NCBI GenBank assembly: GCA_020137815.1
Contig: CM035357.1
Location: 1,178,001 to 1,242,000, forward strand
DNA length: 64,000 nucleotides
Source: Hormiphora californensis
Taxonomy: Eukaryota > Animalia > Ctenophora
Reading direction: 5' to 3'
The stretch's first letter is position 1. Every line of letters begins with the position of its first letter. Under the pieces are notes generated by a model. It did not search any database, had not been told where the DNA came from, and saw only the letters and a list, made by a program, of their open reading frames with translations. Below are positions 53,800-64,000 of this stretch, in pieces. The position numbers and the translations under genes are program-made.

Positions 53800-54086
53800 C
53801 TTTCACCTGATATCTGTTACATACTACTGCTAACAGGTGGGGAGGGGGTATATTTAGTTTTTTACCTGGGTCATTATCATGGGATTTAGGGACTGAGTTG
53901 GACATAACAGGTGGGGAAGGGGTATATATTTAGTTGAAAATGAAGAAATGAAGATCACACAATTGAGACTTGACCCTGTTTCCCCGCACCCCGGGATCAA
54001 AACAAATCGAGAATTGCAGATAACCACGGAATAAAAAGTAATAAAAACTAACTCCCTCTGATTAGATATATTTTAACACAGTTTTC

Positions 54087-57000
54087 TCAGGCGACAGAGT
54101 TTTTCTCTCTTTCAAATTGTTTAAATAAGAATTTGATGTGCGATAGTTTTCCTTCCAAGTTCATCAAACGCTCCTTGTCGCGACACCTGAGGGAGAGACA
54201 CAAATGTCAACAATGTTTGTTTTTACCCGGTGCAGTACTTAGGTACAACAAAATCGTTCAGGGGGATTCAGATCTTAGAAATGTTACAAAACAACCCACC
54301 AATCCGTACTAAGCGCCCAGATTTAGACATAACGGGGCTCCGCCCAGTACTGAGCGACCAGATTTAGACATAACGGGGCTCCGCACAGTACTGAGCGACC
54401 AGATTTAGACATAACGGGGCTCCGCCCAGTACTGAGCGACCAGATTTAGACATAACGGGGCTCCGCCCAGTACTGAGCGACCAGATTTAGACATAACGGG
54501 GCTCCGCCCAGTACTGAGCGCCCAGATTTAGACATATAACGATTAACGGTGCCCCACCCAGTACTCAGCGCCCAGATTTAGACAGTATTAAATACCCACC
54601 CAGTAAATACAGCGCCCATATTTTAATCTACCCGCCCAGTACAGTGATCAGAGATCTTCTTCTTGTTGTATTTTGTCGTTTCTGCAGCAGAGCCTTCTTT
54701 GTTTTACATTGTAATGATGATCAAGTGGTGTTTGGTGTTCGTGGTAGCAATTGTAGCTACTAAAGGTAACATTTTCGATGACATTGCGAGTGTGGCTAAG
54801 AAAGGCCTAGATGTTGTTGAGGGTGTCGCTGACAAAGGCCTAGACCTGGTCGATGACGTGTTAGATGTGACCCAGCCACCGACAGCTCCCAGCTTCTATG
54901 ACATGATCTACAAAATCAAGTCTCTCAATGTCAAGGCATGCGCCTTAATCAAGTAAGTAATTGAGCTCTATATTGTTCATACTTTAGCACAGTGCTCTGT
55001 TGTTAAGCACAGACTTGCAGTGTCACACGACCTGGGTAATTGAAAAAAAGAAGGTTATATTGTAGTTTAAACTAAATTCTGATAATCACTTAATTCCCTA
55101 TTATTATACAGGTCCGATGATAATTATGAGTATGAGTACCACTTCATTCGCCCAATTTTCCGTATCGGTCTGGTTCAGAGTATCTGTGAGGATATTGGAG
55201 TCTATAGCACCTCCCTTGTGATCTATGGGGGGATCGTAGTGGGGATCGGTGCTGCCATCTTCCTTGCCATCGGTTTCGTGGGTGGTATCTGTTGGTATTG
55301 TTATTCAACTAGAGTTAGAATACATAAAGTAGGGAAATATGATAAAATGTCAGATGTTTAAATAACATGAGGAAGGTGACATTTAAAAAAGTTTGACACA
55401 GAACATTTTTTTAGATATTTCTTCGCTCGCTGATTTCTCTCTCTTTCTCAAACATGTTAGGAACAGTAGACACTAAGTCTACACACATTTTGAGGGTGTC
55501 TGTTGACTATTTGCCAGCAGTCCTAGTGTGTTGTGTCTCTTATTTGTGTGTAATTACTATCGGGGTTCATAAACTATGAACGTTTGTTAGCCTATCGCGT
55601 TATAGGTTTAAATAACCTCCCCCTCACCCTCGGCTGGCGCCTCGGGATCGGCGTCGGGATTTAAACCAGTTTAATCGCCCTGCCGGGCGATTAAACTCCA
55701 GTTGGCTGTCCCCAGCTCGCGCTGGGAACAGCCAACTTCATAACGTGCCAGTCTACAAACGTTCATAGTTCATTTAACACTCCTTATTTATATAAGTAAA
55801 AAGTGGAAAAAAATATGATATGTAACATTTTGAGATCTTGGTGTGTTAGTAGTTCACTAATTAAAAATCAATTTGAGTACTTATGATATCGTGATACGAC
55901 GTCTGTTTATCTTTTCTTGTAATGAATCTTCGAGTCGTCAATAGTCAAAAACATTATAAATTGTATCCACCGTTCAGACCTACCCTAAATTCAGAGGGCA
56001 ATTCAGACCTGCCCTAATTTCAGACCTACCCTAAATTCAGACCTGCCCTAAATTCAGACCTGCCCTAATTTCAGACTTTTGACGGGCAGTGTGAATCCGG
56101 AAACACTACCCGTCAAAAGTTACCCCCCCCCATTATGCTAGGCGAGCTGGACCTTATTTTGGAGTTTGGTGACATAGACACCTGACGCGACCCCCCCCCC
56201 CCCCGCACACAGGTGTCGGGCCCGCCCCCTAAAAAGGATTGTGTCTTTCGGGGGATCTTGCGCGTGGTCCACTGGACGGATTTGCATCCCGCTTGTTTCA
56301 TGAGACTGCAAGTTGGTCTTGGTTTACTGGGGAATGCCCGAGAAGTTTGTCTGTCTTGTTATCACAAGCATCACGTGTAGTACGGGTCGAAGGAAGTTAA
56401 TTTCAAACACCCAGAGATCTCCTTGTATAATTTGTCGTTTAGCAGAAGAGCCTTGTTTACAGTAGAGCCTTCTTTGTTTTACATTGTAATGATGATCAAG
56501 TGGTGTTTGGTGTTCGTGGTAGCGATTGTAGTTGTTAAAGGTGACCTGTTCGATGACCTGTATAATCAGGTCTCCACAGATCTGGGGTTGGGCTCCAGTT
56601 TCCTTGAGAGTGTGGCTAACAAAGTTCAGTGCACCATGGTCAAGTATATAATTGAGAGCTCTACAGGGTGTCCCATATATTCTGTGGGTCGGTTGGCGAG
56701 CTGTCACGCGGGGGCGGTGGTGGTTGTGTGGGAGCAAACAGCGGGAGTGTGCTGGATTAATTCCTTCCTAACTGATTGCTTTTTTTTGAATTTCAATTTC
56801 GGAAGTTCATTTTTCATGAATGAACATCCCTGCCATTCGTTCATGAATTCTGAAATATTGTTTGCCTTGGGTGGGTGGCTTTTCTTTGGCTCGGGATTGT
56901 CTTTCCAGTGAGCACTATGGGGCTGAGGTTGAAGCACCGGATCACATGGCAGTTGGGGGAGTGCACATGGATGATTTTGGTAGCATACAATAATGCCTAC

Positions 57001-59495
57001 GGTCAATAATGCCTACACCTACCTAATCCAATGCAGGTGTTCTCTATTCCATGTATTTTCGTTTTCCAGGAACCTCTTTGCACTCCACGCCGGATATGTG
57101 ATACTGGGTACAACAAAGGGAATTCTAGACCTATTGCAATCTTGCTAACAAGATTTTGTCACACCCTGGTTACGTTTCTTGTTGCTTGCATGGAGGTCAC
57201 ATGACGCTTGTTGTTACCAATCAGTATAAGCATTAGCAAGCTTCCATTAGCAAGTTTTCGATCTACTAAAGTCTCAACTAACGGTTTGTCAATGAACTAT
57301 CGGTTAAATATAAATTTATGCCGTTATTAACGAAAAATTGGAGAAAAATCGAAAATTCTCTCCTCTCATATCTCGCTCCCTGGTCACCTCTTTCTCAGAT
57401 CACACGGTCCACGCCAGCCTAGGCTGACGTGGCAGCTTCTCCTCTCGGCACGTCGCACAATCCCCTGTACGTGGCTTCTCGCTATTCCTACTCATCTAAA
57501 ACATTGACCCAAATTCTTATCTTCTAATATCTCTCAATAACTATTGTAACAAGTAAATAATATTAAATCTCCCCCAAAGAATTCCTAAATATTTGTATCC
57601 TCCTAACTCACTCTCAACCATCATAAGATCATTAAATACCTATCATCCGACTAACTCTCAGTCACTCTGAGTATTCAGACCTGCCCTAAATTCAGACCTG
57701 CCCTAAATTCAGACCCGCCCTAAATTCAGAGCTGCCCTAAATTCAGACCTGCCCTAAATTGACCTGCCCTAAATTCTGTCGAAGTTCTACCGACCTGCCG
57801 GTGGTTCGTTCCGCTCATTCGGGAGCCAGCATCCCTGAAGTGATGAGTGTGGGTTTTGTTTGGCCCATGCCCTGTGTGTGTGTGTGTGTGCCCTGTAATG
57901 ACGGGGAGGTGCAGTTGTGGCGTGATTCTGGGCTAGTTGGTGGGTGTCCGTGTGGTCATGGTGATACTTGGCAAATTCAAGCATGTGAAATGGGGTTTCT
58001 ACCATTGGTATCGTGCAACAATGTTATGAGGAAATTTGCCCTGTAATTCTAAACCTGCCCTCGCACGACCTTTCTTTGTGGACCCCATGTAACTAAAACC
58101 AACACTCCAACTACTATCAACTATGCAGAATATACTCAAACAGATAAGAAATAGTCTGTCTGTCAGTCTACCTGTTAATAGTTTGTCTGTCATTGTCTGT
58201 CATTGTCTGTCATTGTCTGTCGTTCAGTGAGCCATTTTTTTCATTATATCTTATATTTCATCTGACCGACCCCATTCTCTACTGACACCCTATCTCTGAC
58301 TCCTCCATATATCACACCCACCCCTCGCCTTCTACCCTATCTTTATAGAATATGATTATTATGTTATATCTTAAGCTCTTTTATTGTCTAGTGTTGATAG
58401 TATGTTGTTTCTTGCAACCCTGAACACAAGGAGCCACGACAGAGTCTGTCCTGGCTACTATTTCCACGCCCGGCCACCCATGGTTCCCGAAACCCAAAAT
58501 CTCCTGGTGGTTCTGTACAGCAGTGTTAATTGGATTGACAGCCATATCCCTCTGCCACGAACAGCCAACCACCCACAGCTTCCACCCATTAAAATATTCA
58601 TGAAACTATATCCAATCCAATTCACTTCCCTTTCCCATTATCCTTACCCTCCAACTGTTACAGGAACTTCGTTACAACATATAGACTACACGGGACAACA
58701 ACTTTTATAGCCATTTTGATCTCCCCGACTGTCCTCGAGTCATCATGGGGGCCTCTCAGATCAGAAATGTGCTCCTCAACCTCTCTCTTCTATTCTTCCC
58801 GATTCCCACTTCTTCCAAAATCCCTCTACGTCAGAGACACTTCAAGATCCGGCAAGATACCCAGGACAGCGATGCTTCCCGCATCTGACTCTGTGTTCGG
58901 TACCAACAAGTAGGTACATACCACTGGGTATCGTGTATGTCGGTTGGAGCAAGACTGAGTTACTGGGGTCTCCCCTATATTTTCCATCAAGGCTAGCATG
59001 AAAATACTATCAGAGTAGACCAAGATGAGGGGGAGAACTCAGTATCCCAGGTTCCTAAGACGTCTATAACAAACAACAAACAAACAATCCGTACCACTTA
59101 CCAGTTAGGCTCCCGGACTCATTACCGAAGGGACGGATGACCGAATGAAATTCAATCCCCCTTATCTCTTAACCCCTAACCCCTAACCACACCCTAACCC
59201 TGACCCCTAACCACACCCTAACCCTTACCCTAACCCTTACCCTAACCCTTACCCTAACCCTAACCCTAAAACGTAGCCCTAAAATTCATTCGGTCATCCG
59301 TCCCTTCGGTCATGCGTCCGGACACCTACCAGTTAGAGTCCCTGATGTATTGTTTGAAGAGTTCCCTCACTTTCCGATTGATCTGTCTCCCTTCACTACT
59401 TCTCTTATCAGGCGTGTTATCGTATCGCTCCTTCAGTTTGTTGAACTGCTCACTTATCTGCGGAGTTAGGGAGAGTGAAAGAGGGAGTGAGGCGT

Positions 59496-59532
<37 letters not shown>

Positions 59533-62001
59533 AGAGAGAAAGAGAGAGAGAGAGAGAGAGTGGCAGCGAGAAAGAAAGAGCTAGAGAAAGATAGTTTAAT
59601 AGTTAAAACGTACATCTCCATCCTTTTTCTTCAAAGACAGATATTCTTCATAGTCACGTTCAAAGTCTGCTGCATACTGCAACCTTTGTTCCTCGGTTGC
59701 TATAGCAACGTAGTGGGACTGAACTCGCTCTATCTCTTCCTGGACCCTAAAGTTCAAAACATTAGAAACAACAATATCAGTTAGTACAAAGTTATGTTCT
59801 AACTGTCCGAGAGGGTCGAAGTTCGAAGAAGAGAGGGTCAAACAAGGCAAACCAAAAAACTGCAGAACACCTGTTTATGAAGGGTAATTTGAGTGTCGAT
59901 GCCGCCTCCACGACTTTCCAATTATAACTGCTGCTTAGTTTATTATTAGTTGCGACCCTGGTACATTGTTTCTTGCTAGCCCCATTATCGTCACTAGAAC
60001 TCCTTTTCCGTTCTGCTTTTGTGATCAGACCAGATCTTCTTCTCTCAACAACAGGATCTTGTGTAGCTGGTGGGGCAACTGGAGCAGCAGTCTCCTGTTT
60101 CGGTGGTTTGGCTGGGACTTCCTCAAGGGGCTCCCGCTTCACGTCCTCTCCTGGTAATAAGGGAAGTGGGTGAATAGGGAATAGGTAATAGGGAGTGAGG
60201 ATGAAACACACGAAATGATAATGAAGGAAAGCATCCCTCTCTAATTTCTGGACACTTAGTACATTTCTGGAAACTTAGTGGATAGAGCCATGATATAGCC
60301 GGGGTAGATTCCATGAAAGAAGATAATATTGGGGGGGGTGCAGCCCCAAAAAAAATCAAACTTTTTCCGAAACCCAGGGTATGGTTGGTTTTTTTTGGTT
60401 TTTTTTGGTTGAAATTTCTTTGATTTTTTTTGGTCGTTTTTGATTTTTTTTGGTCGTTTTTGATTTTTTTTGATCTTTTTTGATTTTTTTTAATCGTTTT
60501 TGATCTTTTTTGAATTTTTTTGATCGTTTTTGAATTTTTTTGATCGTTTTTGATTTTTTCAATGTTTAATGTTTGTTGGTCGTTTTTGATTTTTTTTTTT
60601 GGTCGTTTTTGATTTTTTTTTGATCGTTTTTGATTTTTTTGATCGTTTTTGATTTTTTTTTAATTTTTTTGATCGTTTTTGATTTTTAAATGTTTGATGT
60701 TGAACAAAAAAGTTCAAAAAAAATCAAAAACGATCAAATAAAATCAAAAACGATCAAAAAAGTTCAAAAAAATAAAAAAAAATCAAAAAAGATCAAAAAA
60801 AATCAAAAACGACCAAAAAAAATCAAAAACGACCAAAAAAAATCAACACTTTTGAAAATCCAGGGTATGGTTGGTTATTTTTTGGGCTGCACCCCCCCCC
60901 CCCCAATATTTTTGTTACCTTTTATCAGGCGGAGTGTTTGTCGAATTGACTCCTTGTCTGAGTCGCTATAGTCAGGCCAAGCATCCACCTGGACCTCTTT
61001 ATACAAAGACTTCTTCAAGTGAAACATGTTGTTTTGTGTGTTTGAAACCTGCAGAGTTGTACAATTGTTTTCAAGTAGTATAGTACGGAACACATTGTCA
61101 GTCGACTCAAATACACCAGGCAAAATGAGATGTGTGAATTATAGAAGATAAATAATAGAGGACATGTGGTGAAAAAAGAAATTAAGATATTACCTGTGCG
61201 AGTATTTTAGTGATGGTGTCACGTTTCGTGTTATTGTTGGAGTCCGATAATTTCGAGATGACCTCAATTTTACGGTGGGGTCGAAGTGCTAACATATGAA
61301 TTGCTTTGTCTCGCAACTTGGCCATGTTAACACGAGATGTTTCAGTGTTTACTGTTGGTTTCTGAATAATTGGCACCGACCTGGGATAATTAGTAGTAAG
61401 AAGTGTATGAATTAGAAACTTAGAAAGGTGTCATGAACTTCATATTATCAAGAAACATTGATGCAAGATTTATTGAAATAAGTTGCCAGTTGAATTACCT
61501 CTGAGCAACCTTAGCAAGGCCAGAAAGTGGATTTTTAGCTTCTGCAGATGCTTTCTTGGGGTTTGATTTCCGTTTACTTTTCAGATCAATCATAACTGCC
61601 TGACTCTCATTCTTTCTCTCCTCGGCAATCATGATTTTCTTCTGGGTGCTCTGATAAACATCTTCATTGGCCTCAATAACCATCTTGGAACGAGCCGTTC
61701 CAAGGACAGAGAGAGCGGGGAATGTAGCAGTCTGTTTGACACAATCAATTCCCGTGTTACTGGCGATGGTAGTTAGTTTGAAGGAGTACTGTAGGGTCTT
61801 ATCATCTCTGTGGATTTTAATGCCGCCACCCCTTCCCAACTTGTTTACAGTCAACTGAATTCCACCTTTTGAACGACTACTGTGATGCTGATCAAGTGTC
61901 TTTTGGAGGGAGTCAGTTAGGCGCATGTAGAACACCTTCTTGCTTCCTTCACTGTGAAGCAAATCATAGGAAGCGAGCTTTCCAAGTTCTAAACCAGCCA
62001 T
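54087..62001 (-). CDS. ELL: RNA polymerase II elongation factor ELL; exons 61499-62001, 61194-61380, 60919-61048, 59804-60150 (1-nt frameshift, boundaries less certain), 59614-59746, 59330-59457, 54087-54186
   Basis: VFYMRLTDS..L...LSVLGTARSKMVIEANEDVYQST; LRDKAIHMLALRPHRK; LYKEVQVDAWPDYS; occludin/ELL domain YVAIATEEQRLQYAADFERDYEEY...KLSHIKFLFKQFE. Confidence 0.9.
54312..54585. repeat. 41-bp minisatellite x ~6
   Basis: GATTTAGACATAACGGGGCTCCGCCCAGTACTGAGCGACCA repeated. Confidence 0.92.
54714..55361 (+). CDS. Orphan 162-aa single-pass membrane protein nested antisense in the last ELL intron; exons 54714-54952 and 55112-55361
   Basis: Signal peptide MMIKWCLVFVVAIVATKG; GTAAGT/TACAG intron splices in frame; TM segment LVIYGGIVVGIGAAIFLAIGFVGGICWYCY; tail ...YDKMSDV-stop. 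Confidence 0.75.
56489..56643 (+). pseudogene. Paralog of the nested gene: exon 1 only, followed by a Tc1-like terminus (TA-CAGGGTGTCCC at ~56662)
   Basis: Near-identical leader and signal peptide, divergent ectodomain, same intron position (VK|gt); no exon 2 found. Confidence 0.6.
59108..59326. mobile_element. MULE-like MITE carrying telomere-like (TAACCC)n, inserted at an ELL splice donor
   Basis: ~42-bp imperfect TIRs, GG...CC termini, 9-bp TSD TACCAGTTA (59099-59107/59327-59335). Confidence 0.85.
60331..60904. mobile_element. MITE-like palindrome in an ELL intron
   Basis: GGGGGGGGTGCAGCCC...GGGCTGCACCCCCCCC termini, inverted TTTTTTGATCG/CGATCAAAAAA arrays, AATATT on both flanks. Confidence 0.75.
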
Positions 62002-62649
62002 TGCGAATCTAGAATGGGAGGGAAGAGAAAATGTGTTAATGGTGAACGCTGAAGGTTGTTTTAAATATTTTACAATTTGGGGGCTGCGGTACCGTGCTTC
62101 TACCCAGGCAGACGCACACAATACAATACAATACAATACAAAATAAACATTTATAGTCCGCTCTTTAACTGTCCGTTTTACGGTTCAGCACAAGTTCTGC
62201 TGTTGGAAGAAGAAAAATTCATCATTCCATCCTCTTTCATCCCCAACAGCCCTCGCTCCAAAAGCGGCTAGTTTTACTACAAGATTATGATTTTTTTCTT
62301 ATCTTCTGAAAGATGTTTTGTTAATATATTTGGAAGGTTGAGAAAATAATTTAGGGGATCCTATCACTGCAGAAAATGCAGTAGTGCATATAATATCCTT
62401 GAAGGATCTAAAAGATCCAAAAGAAGCAAATTGAAGACCGCCCCTATCGGGGATACTGATACTAGGATACCTATACTGAAACCTGTGTGCTTAGTTGCAC
62501 ATAAAATACTCGAAGAAGATGTATCATGTATCATGTAGCATTTCCAATTTCCAGTAATTCAGTTGACCAATTTGGAGTAGTAGAAGCCACTTGCCAACTG
62601 CTTTAACACTGACAAGTCCTCACATATCATTCTATTCTCGCAAGCTCTC

Positions 62650-62674
62650 TTTTTTTTTTCTTTTTTTTTAGGAC

Positions 62675-62712
<38 letters not shown>

Positions 62713-64000
62713 CTTTTTTTTTTTCATCGGGATGTTTTTTATATTCACACGTTTTTCTCGCTTTTTTGTTGTTGTCTTTTTTTTTTTTTTTTTTTTTTTT
62801 TTCCCTTTTGATATCAAATGTTACAAAATAAACAAACCAATCATTAGCAGTAAGGGTCAGTTTAGAGGATAGAGGAAAGAGAGGGAAAAATAAATACTGA
62901 CCATTCCAGCTTCACTTAGTTCACGCTACACACGTTACATATACTCATACACATCACTCTGTCACAATTGTCCATGTTTCATACCGGAAATGGGTCCTTC
63001 AACATTTGTAGGTTTTTTTGAAGAAGTGAGTCTTTAGGTTGGCTTTAAAGGATAGGACGGATGTATTTTCACGTAGAAGTTTCGGCAGGTCGTTCCACAC
63101 TGCTGGCGCAGCGACACTAAAGGCTCCTTTGCTCGAGCAATAACGGGTGTATTTCCTTTCAAGATATGTTATGTCCATATCACGCCGGAGATTCTTCAGC
63201 TTGTGCTTCCGACGCTGTACCAGTTCAGAAAGATACGTCGGTGCTAGACCGTTTAGGGCTTTGTAGGTCAATAAGCATAGCTTGTAGTTAATTCTTTCCT
63301 TAACCGGTAGAAAATGAAGCTGTCTTCGAATGTCTGATGTGCTATGAAGAGATCGGCGTCCCGTGATGAATCTTGTGGCAGCGTTTTGAACCTTTTGTAA
63401 CCTCCCGAGGTCTTTAGCAGATGCTCCCGCAAGTAGACTATTGCAGTAATCAAGCCTACTGTGTACAAGGGTGTTGACTAGCTTCACTTTGAGGTCGATA
63501 GTTAGTGTATTACCTATCTTCCAAAGATTCAGGAGACACAGATTGCATGCTCTTACCGTTTTTGAAACGTTTCCAGTTAGTGAAAGCTCCGAATCAAGGA
63601 AAACACCAAGGTTTCGCACCAGTGGGGCTGGAACAGATGGATCTTGGTCGTCTAGTGCTTTTATAGCTTCTGGATTCGCTTCTTTGTCGTGTTTGTTTCT
63701 AAGAACGATGAATTCAGTTTTCGAAGGATTTAGTCGAAGAAAGTTGTCTGCCATCCACACCTTGATATGGTTGAGACATTCCTGAAGTGTCTTTTCCAAG
63801 TCAACTAGTTTGTTGTTGGTAAATGAAACATAGAGCTGCGTATCGTCAGCATATAGCTCTACTAGTAAACCATAGTGCTTAGCGATACTCTCAAGTTCTT
63901 TGGTATAGAGAATGAACAAAAGGGGCCCTAAGATGGATCCTTGAGGAACTCCGATGGTTATAGCCACTGGCGATGAGGTCGAGTTTCCAACTTTTACCGA
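62650..64000 (-). mobile_element. L2/CR1-group LINE, 3' part: intact RT ORF2 (stop at 62999; continues beyond the window), 3' UTR and poly(A) tail
   Basis: GVPQGSILGPLLFILY, YADDTQLY, LNPSKTE, VRNLGVFLD, SRLDYCNSLL, LQKVQNAATR, LHFLPV, LKTHFF; long T-runs at 62650-62800. Confidence 0.95.

Noticed and set aside
54312-54585. CRISPR-like appearance of the 41-bp, 22-bp and 17-bp arrays
   Set aside because: Head-to-tail repeats without unique spacers, no cas genes, eukaryotic context
58384-58913. Possible further plus-strand exons in the ELL intron
   Set aside because: Acceptor-like sites exist, but I could not build a coherent spliced ORF or recognise a domain
59168-59268. Telomere or chromosome-fusion site
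   Set aside because: The degenerate (TAACCC)n is enclosed by TIRs and a 9-bp TSD inside an intron, so it is MITE cargo

Overview
Eukaryotic (animal) genomic DNA with short GT-AG introns, (CT)n microsatellites and many MITEs. The repeat families resemble those I recall from ctenophore (Pleurobrachia-like) gene models; this is an unverified inference. Left to right: (1) the last six exons of a selenoprotein thioredoxin reductase (+), ending Asp-Cys-Sec-Ser-stop with a clear type II SECIS. (2) A ~36 kb gene-poor block (about 3.7-39.6 kb) built from 30-400 bp scraps of unrelated mobile elements (Penelope GIY-YIG, CRE, hAT, Helitron, CMC-type transposase, RNase H, APE) plus minimal hammerhead ribozymes. 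Every TE scrap and hammerhead I could orient (about 25) lies on the minus strand, and the block is studded with large foldback TIR elements. This is the main finding: a candidate uni-strand, flamenco-like piRNA cluster or TE-fragment memory locus. (3) A Shaker-superfamily Kv gene (+) with a non-canonical S6 hinge. (4) CDC50/TMEM30 (-), containing a U12-type intron. (5) ELL (-), ending only ~290 bp upstream of CDC50, with an orphan membrane-protein gene nested antisense in its last intron. (6) The 3' part of an L2/CR1-group LINE. Single-base frameshifts in three host genes suggest residual indel errors in the assembly. All assignments come from reading by eye; no searches were run.
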